Below are positions 25,954 through 38,305 of a stretch of 64,000 nucleotides of DNA, one piece after another. Numbering within the stretch: position 1 is the stretch's first letter; each line of letters opens with the position of its first letter. Location of the stretch: NCBI GenBank assembly GCA_951406725.2, contig OX597816.1, positions 58,900,001 to 58,964,000 of the forward strand, in the 5' to 3' direction. The position numbers were made by a program, and so were the translations under genes. The DNA is from Octopus vulgaris. Lineage: Eukaryota. The notes beneath the pieces are model-generated. The model was not told where the DNA came from. It searched no databases and was given only the letters and a program-made list of their open reading frames with translations.

Positions 25954-28302
25954 TTTACAAGTCAAAAATAAATGTACGTTGTGCTTCTTGTCTCCTTTAT
26001 GCTCAATCTTTAATGGCCAAATATTTTTCTGGCCTATTTTAACGTCACTCTCTATTATGTTTGTCAACATATTTGGAGATTCTCTCACGTTGCCACCATC
26101 ATTGAAAGTTCAATGTTGTTGTTGCTGTTTCGGCTGCGCGTTATATCATAATAAACAGACGCGAATATAATCGCATATCTTATTATAAGATTTATTGAAC
26201 AGGAGAACAATCGAATATAAATTTCCAATGACAGCTAGTATGCAACGTAGGAGATCAGAATTGAATATAATAATTTCTAATAAGGCTCTCGAGGCACCAG
26301 AGAGAGTTGAATCGGAGTTGTGAAGAAGAATTCCAGTCATTTCTCGCTAGATTCAGCAAAGGAAAACTCGACGTTGTTCCTGCTATACAAGGCCGCGTAC
26401 TGGCTTGTTTGTGGCGAGAGTTGAGAATGTGTATTCTCTGGGGACTGTGTAAGAATTAACACTTCCTTCTCTAAGCCTAGATTCGAAACCGAATCCTAGA
26501 ATTCTCGGTCGTCCAAACCACGACGATCAACAGGCGCGAAAAAAGGTTTTCTCTCTCCTGTCAAAAATTGATTGATCATCTCCCTTTGACCAGAGACCTT
26601 AGCATGTCAGGCGAAGTTCAACTGGACAAGCGCTGAACTATTTAGGTACTAACTCTGCTGCAGTATGTCTGTCTTTCTAGCTGCCACTTTTTATTATAAT
26701 TACAAGAAAGGCAGAAAGGCAGGCGGATAATCGCAGCAGACAGACGAGATAGATCTATCTACGACCCAAGTTTTTGGCAGACGACAGAGACAGAGAGAAA
26801 TGTTCGAAGTGCCGATAGACTACTGTTTTGAATGAAACACGCACACACACAAACATAGTCATTCCTAATATGACTTTCCACGAATGTATTCCGTATTTCT
26901 AGCAACTCGTAGCAGTTGCCTACATTTTGTATGTAGTGTACTTATAACTTATCAAGCCCTGTAAATAAATGCTTTTCAATCATGGATCAGTTTACGTATT
27001 TGTTTACATGCACATTCCATTTGCATCTATGTTCATTGATACACACTTAACCACTACAACTGTCTCAAAACTCTCTGGGCTCTTACCTTCATACCAAGAA
27101 AAGCATGTGATAAGGTCATAGAACATTCGACGAAGTTCTATATGGCGTGATATTTCTGCAAGCTGATTGGTGATAATCAGGGCGTGTTGCCTGACTTCAA
27201 TTTGAATAGGACCCAACTATAAGGGTTGCAAGGTTTCGATTCTAGGTCTCACTACAAAGTCGTTGACTTAAACATGTACGTGTCATTTAGCCCTTAGTTT
27301 TGTAGCGAGACCAATTTCTATTATTACATATTTGAAAGCATTAAGTAGGCTTATGTAGGCTCACCACGTTAATCTGTAGTGATTGGTCAACATATCTATC
27401 ACGTGAGTGTTTGGATATTTGATGAGTCCTGTGTTGTAATTAGTTGAATGTTGCGCGGGAATTTGATCGAAGGTCCAATTACGTTGCGCATAATATCTTA
27501 TCAAACAACTAATCTGTATGTATTCTAGAACTTAACATTTTTTTTTCCATAAATTAATGCGAAAAATTATTTACGAGTCAGAGGGGTGAGAGTTTTTCCA
27601 TCAAGGCGTGTTATGCGGATTCTTGCCGTTTACACCAGAGGAAAATTAGTATAACAGATCACATTATAACCAACGACGACCCAAACTGAATTATCTAAAC
27701 AACCAGCGGAATTTGTAAAGTTTCTTGTTTTGATTCACTGAGCCATTTTACGAAGGAATAAAGTTCCACTGTTGTAAAGTTAGTTTCTTTTGCTACTTCC
27801 ACGAGTGAACACTCAAATATATTATATAATGGTATGCATGATTTTTGGTAAAATCAAGGGAGACTTAGGACAGCCATAGAAGTTTCAATATGCTTTCTAT
27901 ATTTATCTCTCGTTCTCCTTACTTTCCTTCCTGACGATGGTTTTTAGTTTGAAACTTTCAAGACATTTCGGTACAACTTACCGAAGTATGTCTCCACCGA
28001 CTTTGTTTCCTCATACTTTGCTGAAAAATGGATATTTTTTTTAATGAAATTTTCTTCGAATACCTTTCAGATGTTTGTAGATCATTATGATTATATCGGA
28101 ATTTGTTGTGAAAAATTCTTTTCGAAGATTAAGAAAAACTTTGGATAATTCACACGCCATGGCTTTCAGAAGATTGTGTATTCTTTAGTGAAATTTTCTA
28201 CAAATACCTTTCAGATGGATTTTAATGGAAAAAAAAATGTGGGTGGCGGTTATTTCACGTGCCTCAGCATTTTTCTTCATACGTTTTGGTAATGTAGATT
28301 AC

Positions 28303-28329
<27 letters not shown>

Positions 28330-28338
<9 letters not shown>

Positions 28339-28530
28339 TGTGTACAGTGCTCAGGTGCACTACAACTCATCTATATATAATCAGGTGTAGTTTCGGCGGA
28401 TTTCGGAAAGCATGAGGGCCTTAAAAGATGCAGTGTCATGGCAGTCAACAACTGACGCAGGCAGTTTATTCCATGCTTCAGCAACTCTGAGCGTGAAAAA
28501 ATGTTTCCGAAAGTCATGGGAGCTGTATTG
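28330..28530 (-). mobile_element. CR1-clade LINE 3' end with (ATT)n tail; second copy at 37805-38050
   Basis: FRKHFFTLRVAEAWNKLPASVVDC..TASFK, the CR1 ORF2 C-terminal motif. Confidence 0.8.
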
Positions 28531-28544
28531 TATGATACAATTAT

Positions 28545-28750
28545 TCTTTATTCTTTTATTCTTTTACTTGTTTCAGTCATTTGACTGCAGTCATGCTGGA
28601 GCACCGCCTTTAGTCGAAGATATCGACCCCAGGATTTATTCTTTGTAAGCCTAGTACTTATTCTATCGGGTCTATTTTACCGAACCGCTAAGTTACAGGG
28701 ACGTAAACACACCAACATCGGTTGTCAAGCGATGTTGGAGATAAACACAG
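28545..28750 (-). mobile_element. SINE S1 3' part
   Basis: Matches 41350-41542. Confidence 0.8.
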
Positions 28751-28758
28751 ACACACAA

Positions 28759-28811
<53 letters not shown>

Positions 28812-28860
28812 GGTGAGAAAGTTGGTGTGTGAAAGCACATGGTTGGATATATAGAAAATA

Positions 28861-29262
28861 GAAAAGAGTGAAAAAACTACAGAAGGCTTGTTTTATAAGG
28901 TTAAAGAATATATTTAAGTCGTTATGTTAGAAAAATGTTATAAAATTTTGCATATAGTAACATAGTTTTTGGAGAAAGTACCGGTTTCGTGTTAACTTTT
29001 CAAATTTCTCAAATGTCTTTATCTACATCGTGTCATGTCTTTTTATGCATAACGAAGACATGAACGAAGACATGCATAACGAAGACATGACACGATGTAG
29101 ATAAAGACATTTGAGAAATTTGAAAAGTTAACACGAAACCGGTAATTTCTCCCAAAACTATGTTACTATATACAAAATTTTCTAACATTTTTCTAACATA
29201 ACGACTTAAATATATTCTTTAACCTTATAAAACAAGCCTTCTGTAGTTTTTTCACTCTTTTC
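28861..29262. repeat. Near-perfect palindrome, ~190-bp arms
   Basis: 28861-29050 is the reverse complement of ~29072-29262; spacer made of AACGAAGACATG repeats. Confidence 0.9.
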
Positions 29263-29264
29263 AC

Positions 29265-29315
<51 letters not shown>

Positions 29316-29388
29316 CAATTGCAGCGTGGAATTGTTTTCGTTCCAGCACACGATCTCAGATCAAATTACTTGCTATGCGAGTACATCT

Positions 29389-29460
<72 letters not shown>

Positions 29461-29461
29461 C

Positions 29462-29534
<73 letters not shown>

Positions 29535-29811
29535 CATATAGATAAAACTTACTTGGAAGAGAATGCGTGGCGTTCAATCATATAATGATATATATACATA
29601 TATACATACGTATATATATATATATATACAAATTATAAAAATAATTTTAAAAACTATATCGTACAACAGTGTTTCTACTTCGCGGATCTTCACCTATCGC
29701 GGTGGGGTTTGAAACGTAGGACTCACGATAGTCGAGGGATTACTGTATATATATATGTGTATATATTACATTATGTCTATGTATGTGTATAAGTGTATGC
29801 ATGTCTGTGTG

Positions 29812-29904
<93 letters not shown>

Positions 29905-29906
<2 letters not shown>

Positions 29907-30195
29907 AGGCGCAATGGCCCAGTGGTTAAGGCAGCGGACTCGCGGTTTCGATTCTGGACAAACGGGCGTTGTGAGTGTTTATTGAGCGAAAATACCTAAA
30001 GCTCCACGAGGCTCCGGCAGTGGGTGGTGGCGATCCCTGCTGTAATCTTTCGCCGCAACTTTCACTCTTTCTTCTGTTGGGCTGCTCGCTTAGCCAGCGG
30101 GGTGGCGTCCTTTGAAGGCTAAAACAATGCGAAGCGCATTGTGACCAGCGATGTCTAACAATATCTGATAGCCTGGTCGATCATGTGATCATGTC
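29905..30195 (+). mobile_element. SINE with S3 head and an alternative tail
   Basis: Head matches 12631-12810, then diverges into a different 3' region. Confidence 0.8.
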
Positions 30196-30721
30196 ATATA
30201 TATATAAGGAATGAGGGAAGCAGAAAAAGGAATCAGCAAGAATCTGTTTTCAATTTCAACACAACGATCGTTTCGACCTACCCTGCATCTGCTCCTTGCG
30301 GGTGGGATACTGTACAGCTAGTTGTATTGCACCTACCAGTGCAGAATGCATCTCGTTGGGTGCCTCGTTTTAAATAAGATACTTCGCTAAATATACTCGG
30401 TTTCGCTTGGTATGTCGTAGTCGCCAGTTAACTATACTGATAGAGGATGGAAACAATTTCCTGGTTGTTTCCACCCGCAAGAAACAGATGTAGGACGGGT
30501 AGAAACGATTGTTGTGTTGAATAAAGATTCTTGTAAACTCACTTTTCCGTTTCCCTCATTCATTATAAACTCAACGAACACTGGAATTCCTGACATAGAT
30601 CCGGTGACACTTATATCACAACTGTGGATGATATGAGGTAATCTAAACTGTGGAAATGCTTTAATCGGCACACTACTAACCATATATCCAAGGTCCAAAT
30701 AATTACTTATATACTTACATA

Positions 30722-31597
30722 CGTGGTCTGATCAATAAGTATCTGGACTGTTACCATAGTAATGAAGCTAAAGCACGCAGAGTGAAGCTGCTGGACAAAC
30801 GTTGACCTTGAACTCTGCTTAACGTTCTAGCTCACTTTCGCTGTTTACTGAAGTGCTTGAAAGGAAGGTGTGTAGCATGTGCTCGTCGCAATGGCTATAA
30901 CAGAGAAAGTTGAGCAGAGAATCTGCATAAAATTTTGTAAAAAGCTTGGCGGTACCTGCTCAGAGTCCTATGCAATGTTTTCAAAAGATTTTCATCGTTC
31001 TCGACACAATCAATGAGATTTTGTGCAACTGAAACCCGAGTGTCCTTTTGGTCAGATGAAAGCAGTTTTGGCACAAATTTGGCAGACGCGTGTCTCACAC
31101 CCAAATCTTCAGTGATAATGGACTGAACTGCACCGTAACTAATTTGGACATCTTCTGATAACTCACGGATGGTGATTTGACGATTTCTCCTCACAGCTGC
31201 ATGCACATCTGCGATGTTTTTCTCAGTTCTGCTTGCTGTGGATCTCCAAGAACGTTCGTCACTATTGACATTTTTCCGGCCATCTTGGAAACGTCTGAAC
31301 CACTCGTACACGTGTATGCGGCTCATATACTTCTTTCTATACACTTTCGGCAACTTTGCGCAAGCCTCTGAGCAGGTATCGCCATGATAGCTTTCTCTGT
31401 CATGGTCAATACGACGATCACACGCTACACACCTTCCTTCCAAGCAATGCTGTAAATAGCGGAAGTGATCTAGAACGTTAAAACTTAGTGCGCATGCACA
31501 GCAGAGTTCAAGTTCAATCTTTGCCAAGCAGCTTTACTCTGAGTGCTTTAGCTTCGTTACTATGGCAGCAGTCCGGATACTTATTGATCAGATCTCG
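30722..31597 (-). mobile_element. mariner derivative with two inverted 5' ends
   Basis: TIR CG(T/A)G(G/A)TCTGATCAATAAGTATC at both ends; HTH ...VYEWFRRFQDGR...VPKLLS on the minus strand; EQRICIKFCKKLG on the plus strand. Confidence 0.85.
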
Positions 31598-31672
31598 CAT
31601 GCATGCATGCATACATACATACATACATACATACATACATACATACATACATACATACATACATACATACAT

Positions 31673-32217
31673 AGTGGCTGCCCCCTCGTTATCGAGTATG
31701 GCCATTGCACGAAGCTTAATCAATGTTGTTATCGTGCAATGCCTGTGCAAGAAGATTTTTTTAAAGTGAGGAAAGGCTGTGCACTGAGTCAATCCCACTC
31801 ACTAAGCAACAGCAGCCATAATCCGAAAAAAAGAACAAGTCAACATCATCGGTAACCACTGAGCCGCAGGTTTTATGTCGAAGTTATCCCAGTTACCTGA
31901 GTTACCTTCTCCTAGAAGGATGCCCTAACAAAGGCTAGAGTCCTTCACTCCCAATGGTTTAACTGCGCGATCGGGTATTCAGTCCGATTATTTCTATGTC
32001 CCCGCGCATGATACAGCCTTAAGACATTTATTGGATGGCCGTTGACTCTCAAGAGTTCCTCCGCCCTTTGACGGGTTTTGTTTTTCATCCTGCAGGGTGT
32101 CCAGTAAACACCCTCCTCACCAAGCAAGCTTGGTGGGGTTGCCGGTTTAGTCGCCGACGACCCGACCATGCAACAGGTTGTACTGGGTTACATGTTACCA
32201 GTAGCACTCGAAAGAGA
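31673..32217 (-). mobile_element. Non-coding retroelement (RTE-like 5' plus 3' ends) with (TATG)n tail
   Basis: GGGCATCCTTCTAGGAGAAGGTAACTC RTE-UTR-like motif; 3' hairpin CATTGCACGA/TCGTGCAATG before the tail. Confidence 0.5.
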
Positions 32218-32864
32218 CCTGACATACATATACATACATACATTTTTATGTATGCATGTGGTTGTGTTGTGTGCGTGTATATATTATATGAAACACACCA
32301 GTCTGCTATTACCATCCACTTTTATTAATGTATTTGTGAATATCTGTGGTTTCAATATTGATATTTTCGAGCATAAACCATACAATATCGTGGCTTTAAC
32401 ATCTGCGTAATATAACAGATTTATATTCGAATGTTGACTTTATTTAGTGTCAATAGTTCTGGTAGTGGTAGTGCCGGCGGCGATGATGGTAGTGGTGGTG
32501 GTGGTGGCGGCGGATGGTAATGGTTGTAGTAGTGCTGGTGGGGTTGTGATGGTGGAGGGCAGAGGTTTAAGATATAGATTATCAGTGCACCCGATAAGTG
32601 AAGGTAACAAATTAGATATCTGTCATACCCTACGGTTGAAGAAGTGCGCCCGCACACACAACACACACACACACACACGTAACACACACATAAACAACAC
32701 ACATACTCATAAAATGTGCGTGTGGGGATATATATTGATATTTATATATGTATATATGTATATACATGTCTATATATGTATATATATATGCATGTATAAA
32801 TGTAGGCATATATGTATTATGTATATATGTATGTATAAGAATGGGAAGAAGGAAAAGAGAAATT

Positions 32865-32962
<98 letters not shown>

Positions 32963-33342
32963 CACATAAAATATATAGACACGTACATACATATACGCCC
33001 ACCCAGGTACTCATGATGTGTCAATATATATATATATATATTTGTGTATGTGTGTGTGTCTGTGTGTGTGTGTGTGTATACGTATAATATACATATAAAT
33101 AGAGAGAGGGGGAGAGAAAATAGTGAGGAAGAGAGGAAGGAAAAGAAAAGGATAAGTAGTTCGTTGTTTGGAAGATTATGTATACACACAATTATTTTAT
33201 CTAAATCCATTCAGCTGTGTGTATAATTGTGATGTTTAATGCATTTAAAAGTATGTGCATTCGCTGCGTATATTTTCGTTTGTACGTAAGTATGCTGTGC
33301 GTGTGTGTGTCTGTGTGTGTGTGTGCGTGTGTGTGTGTGTGT

Positions 33343-33375
<33 letters not shown>

Positions 33376-33471
33376 TCCAGGGATCAAGACACAATTCCAT
33401 GAATGAAGGTTCCTGGCATATGATAATGGGTACATATGTGTCAGTTTCAAAATAAATGGATGCGGGTATAT

Positions 33472-33558
<87 letters not shown>

Positions 33559-33569
33559 ATATATATATG

Positions 33570-33610
<41 letters not shown>

Positions 33611-33637
33611 GTATGTATGTATATGTATATATATATA

Positions 33638-33684
<47 letters not shown>

Positions 33685-33686
<2 letters not shown>

Positions 33687-33760
33687 GAGCAGAAATACCC
33701 GGTGTTGCTCGGGTTAAAGAGGGTAATGAAATTTAAAAACGCCGTTTACATTACGTAGGT
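33685..33760 (+). mobile_element. Helitron-like 5' end
   Basis: ACGAGCAGAAATACCCGGTGTTGCTCGGGT, similar to the 34841 terminus. Confidence 0.5.
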
Positions 33761-34374
33761 CCCAACTGCTAACTTTCTACATTAATAACTCTCCAACCCA
33801 TGCCAACATGGAACATAGACGTTAACTGAAATGTTGAAAGAAAGTTTTCAACTCATATATGTATATAAAGTAAATACACGTAATTCAAAAACATGTTTTG
33901 TGTAGCTTATTTCATAACCAAAAGAACAGGTACAGATTATAAACAATGAAAAGCCGATTTTGATGATTCATTTGACAAAGGTATTAGAGAGCCAATCTGA
34001 TGACAAATCTAACCTTGGATCTTGAAAGTTTGCATGAATCCTGGCTCAGTTAAATTTCTTGTGGCTCCAAATGATGTCATCTGTAGTGCAGCGTTGTATT
34101 GTCTAATTTTGTTTTGGAAGTGCTTGGAATCTTGGTCACTTGATGACAACAGTTTCTTCAATTGCTCTGGAGGTTAGGGGATTGCTGGGAGCTTAACCTT
34201 TCCACCACTGCAGTACAGTGCAGGTGTCTCTCCAGGTCATTTCCTGGCTTTACAATGTATGCCCTCAGTTGTCATTGCACCAATGGAAACTCTAGTGTCA
34301 TCTGCACAATGAACTGCTGGAAGAACGCCACAAGAAGACGATGAACGATCTGGAAAACCTGCCACGAGTTTCAG

Positions 34375-34840
34375 CCCCGGAAATGTGGTATTGTGCATCG
34401 AGAATTCGTCCTAGAGGTCCAGACCGTCAATCGAGAGTTCTACTGCGATGTTTTGAAGCGTTTGAGTGAGGACATTCGGTGAAAGCAACCGGATCTGTGG
34501 AGCGTGAAGAATTGGATTCTTCACCGAGTTCACTCCACTCGTGAGTTTCTCGCCAAAAACAACATGGTATCACTTCCGCGCCCGCTCTATTCACCAGATT
34601 TAGCACCTGCGGACTTCCATCTCTTCCCCAAGATGAAAATGCAGCTCAAAGGTCACCGTTTTAACACCGTTGTTGAGATCCACAACGAATCGCAGATCTT
34701 CGACTTACTTACGGAAATCGACTTCCAAGCCGTTTTCCAAAAGAAGCAGAAACGCTGGACCGGTGTATTGCTGCGTAAGGTGACTATTTCGAAAGTGATG
34801 ATGTTAAAACCTAGGTAAATGAATTATCTTTTATCAAACA
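34375..34840 (+). pseudogene. mariner transposase 3' remnant; its TIR resumes at 36511-36544
   Basis: TVNREFYCDVLKRL..., YSPDLAPADFHLFPKMK; ...ATACCACCTCG-TA end after the Helitron block. Confidence 0.85.
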
Positions 34841-36510
34841 CTAGCAGTATCGCCCGGCGTTGCTCGGGTTTGTAAGGAAAATAACTATATAAGCATTTAT
34901 AGAGAGTTATAGCCAAAAAATAGCAAAAAAATGCATTGAAAATTGAAAAAAAATTAAGGTAAATTTTTTTTTAAATCGTTGACACATCGTAGATATTTTT
35001 AGAGAGTTACTTCCCTTATATAAAAGCGAAAAAAATGCATTAAAATGGAAAAATATGATGGTAAATTTTTTTAAAATCGTAGACTCATCGTAGACGCACG
35101 CTAATACCCAGAAGGGCTCGATATGAATCACGACTATAAGATACCCGCTTTTGGTTAAACTGCACCGCAAAATGTGGGAGTAGTTAGGAATCTAAATCGT
35201 AGGAGACAGACACACAACTTCACTCTTATATAAAGATGCTTTTTTTTTTCAGTCATAGAGTTAGATTTATGAAGGTCTTCAGTAGAAAATCCTTCGAATT
35301 CTGACTCACTGCTTGATATAATGAAATTCGTATCATTTTTTGTCAGAATTACAAATTTTGAAAACACAATAGGAACAAATTTCGGAAAAAAATCTCCCAT
35401 AATTCACGGAATTAAAATTACACTTCGATTTTTGTACAAAACTGTAGTTGAAGTGTTTACGAAGTATAATACGTGTTTTCACGAATGTACTAAAGAGATT
35501 TGCTCTGATATTCTCATTTAAATATGAATAGGTAAATTCGGGAGGCTTGGTAACTATATATAAGTGTCGTCTGTTTATACATAAACACTGTTTCATACTG
35601 CAATTATATATACATATATCTATATATAATATTATATAATAAAATATATACAGAGTAAAATAAAAACCAATTTACCTTTTCTGTCCGTCCGTGTGTCTTT
35701 GCAAATGTGTTGGAATGATAAGTGAGTTGAGTTTTGGCGCCTTTTTTACTAATAACAAACACACACGTGTTTGTATTTACCTTTTCTGTCCGTCCGTGTG
35801 TCTTTGCAAATGTGTTGGAATGATAAGTGAGTTGCGTTTTGGCGCCTTTTTTACTAATAACAAACACACACGTGTTTGTATGTAGTTGTATGTGTATGTA
35901 GTTGTATGTAGTTGTATATGTATGTGTATGCGTGTGTGTGAGGAATAACACACACACACTCACGCACGCACACATGTACATCAATGCTTTCGGAGTGATA
36001 TGTTAAAATATTGAGTTTTCTCGAATTTTGTCTTAATTGGTGGTAAAATTGAAAGAAATTTTTTATGGCATCACCCACTGAAGTACTCTGAAAAATCTTA
36101 GGTAAATTCTAATTGAAGAAATTGTGTGAGGAGTAAATCGTTATGTATTTATTTGTTTCTGTTTGCTGTGTTTTTTATTTTTTGAGTAGTGGTTTAAATA
36201 CTTTCAGTTTAGTCTTCCTCAAATCACTCTGTCGCTATTTACTTTCATTTTATTCGTCGCACACTGTGTGTGTGCGTTTGCGTGTGGTGTAAACCAGACT
36301 AAGAAAAGCATTTGACACACACACCAGAATGTGAGTTTTCTGTAAATTTTGCTTAATTGGAGTTTAAATTTTAAAAACTGGACCTGGCATGACGCGATGC
36401 ATTGTACTCTTAAAAATGCTAGGTAAATTGTAATTGAAGAAATGCTATATTGTAGATTTGTATAACTCCCAAATGGAGGCAGATAAAATCTGCCTTTTAT
36501 AATAAGAGAT
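34841..36510 (+). mobile_element. Helitron-like composite block
   Basis: 5' CTAGCAGTATCGCCCGGCGTTGCTCGGG; first unit ends TATATAAAGAT at ~35237; 3' hairpin GGCAGAT-AAA-ATCTGCC then TTTTATAATAAGAGAT; 105-bp tandem duplication at 35671-35880. Confidence 0.6.
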
Positions 36511-37419
36511 AACTTGTCTGGTTACCGTTTAATACCACCTCGTATATTTCTATTATATGCAGCAGAAGCTGTGTTAGATTAAAAATCCATTTGTGTATCA
36601 TACTGAATGTAAATTCTTCGCAAAAAGTAAATTTATTAGGGTGGTCGTTCGGAGATAATAACTTTTATGGACGTGCTATGTTTAAGACTACAATCATTAT
36701 CAGAGGCAGACGAAAATGGTCTTTGCCGCGCTTAGAACGAATACTGCACTAAATTTGCTTTTTGTAATGTACCTGCAATAAATATTATGCACAAGTGACT
36801 ATAATAATATATGTGTTCGCTTGCCATGGGCCTGCAACTGTGATGGAGTACCAATGTGAACTAAAGCGTATATGAGTATCTAAGCATATCGGACTACAGC
36901 TTTCTATGTCTGACTACAACTGGTTTCTTCCAGAGAGAGAGAGGAGGGGAGGGGGAGAGAGAAAGAGGAGACAGAGACAGAGAGAAGGGGGAAGGAAAAG
37001 ACAAAGAGAGAATCGACCGGTACTTTAATTATCGACCCCGAGACAGTTAACATCTCGACAGAATTTGAACTCAAACTACAGAGAGCCCGAATGAATATCG
37101 CAAGGAATCCTCTCTGACTCCCCCCCCCCCAAACACATGCACGTACGCACACACACACGTGTGTGTGTGCGTGTGTGTGATTTTGAATCAAAAGTTTTGC
37201 AATATTTTAGTAACTTGCTATCTCTAACAAAAGTAAGGAAGGTCGAAATCACATGATCTCGTAGTCTCGGCGCTGGAGGTAGCGGCAATTTATCTCCTCG
37301 CAAGTGATATAAGTAAGTGTGTATTTTGCACCAAAAGCCAATATGAGAGTTTCTCTCATGGCAACTACTGCAGTATAGTTTGTTCTGACAGGACATCCAC
37401 GATTAAGTGGGAATAAATA

Positions 37420-37655
37420 TTACCTCACTTATTTGCTCAATTCGTCAACTTGCAACAAAAGCAGCCTAGCATTCAAAGTAGAGACCATCGTGTTGCACCG
37501 TCTAAAGCCACTTTTCTGCCAATTCTTTGATCCCATGCTAATACTAGTTCTTGTCCTTCAAGGTGAAGAACTCCTTTACTGGGGCTTCCATCTCCTCGTG
37601 GTTGATGAAGCGTCGCGAGCGCAGGAAATGAGGCATAGATTGGAGTATGCGTAAG
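37420..37655 (-). pseudogene. mariner transposase C-terminal remnant
   Basis: FLRSRRFINHEEMEAPVKEFF...GIKELAEKW...DGLYFE; same family as 41820-42075. Confidence 0.75.
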
Positions 37656-38055
37656 TTATAATTTGGGAGAGATATTTTTTTGAACTTATAACGTGCATAA
37701 ACAGTGATTAAGCAAGGGTCAACTTTCAGAACCTGTCGTCAAACATGGCGTTTCGAACACAATGTGATGCTCTGCATCTGGTAGAATTATGAGGAAATAA
37801 TTTAATAATAATAATAATAATGAAATTATTGTATACAGTGCTCAGGTGCACCACAACTTGTCAGAAAGTGCATATAAAGTACATGCAGTAATGTAGAAAT
37901 GTCTGGAAAGCGAACAATGTATGAGTCAGATACATGCTTGTGTGTGTATGGAGGGGAGAAAATCAAGTGTTGTGTTGGCGAATCTCAGGAAGCATGGAAG
38001 TTTTGAAGGATGCAGTGCTCCGACAACTAACAACTGATGCCGGCAGTTTTTTCCT

Positions 38056-38266
38056 ACGAGTTCGTTTCGGACAATCGAACTGTCGATGCCAACCTACACT
38101 CCAAACAGCTAAAGCGGATGTATGCCATTTTGCAGCAAAAATATCCGGCACTGGATACCAAAAGAGAGATCTGCTGCATGACAGCGCAGAACCTCATACC
38201 ACTCGAACAACCGTAGTAAACTACAGGAATTTGAGGGAGTCGTAATGAGGCCAAACTCAGTTTACA
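38056..38266 (+). pseudogene. mariner fragment, left half; continues at 41820-42075
   Basis: TVDANLHSKQL..LLHDSAEPHT..., interrupted at the YSPD motif; resumes PDPAPSEYYLFRSM; TTACA on both sides of the insert. Confidence 0.75.
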
Positions 38267-38305
38267 GGCGCAGGAGTGGTTGTGTGGTAAGTAGCTTTGC
38301 TAACC

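Noticed and set aside
27931-27965. CTGACGA...GAAAC hammerhead-like string (similar weak cases near 8298 and 30270)
   Set aside because: Stems or core too incomplete to support a call
31950-32217. HDV-like ribozyme expected at an RTE-like 5' end
   Set aside because: Could not assemble the nested pseudoknot by eye
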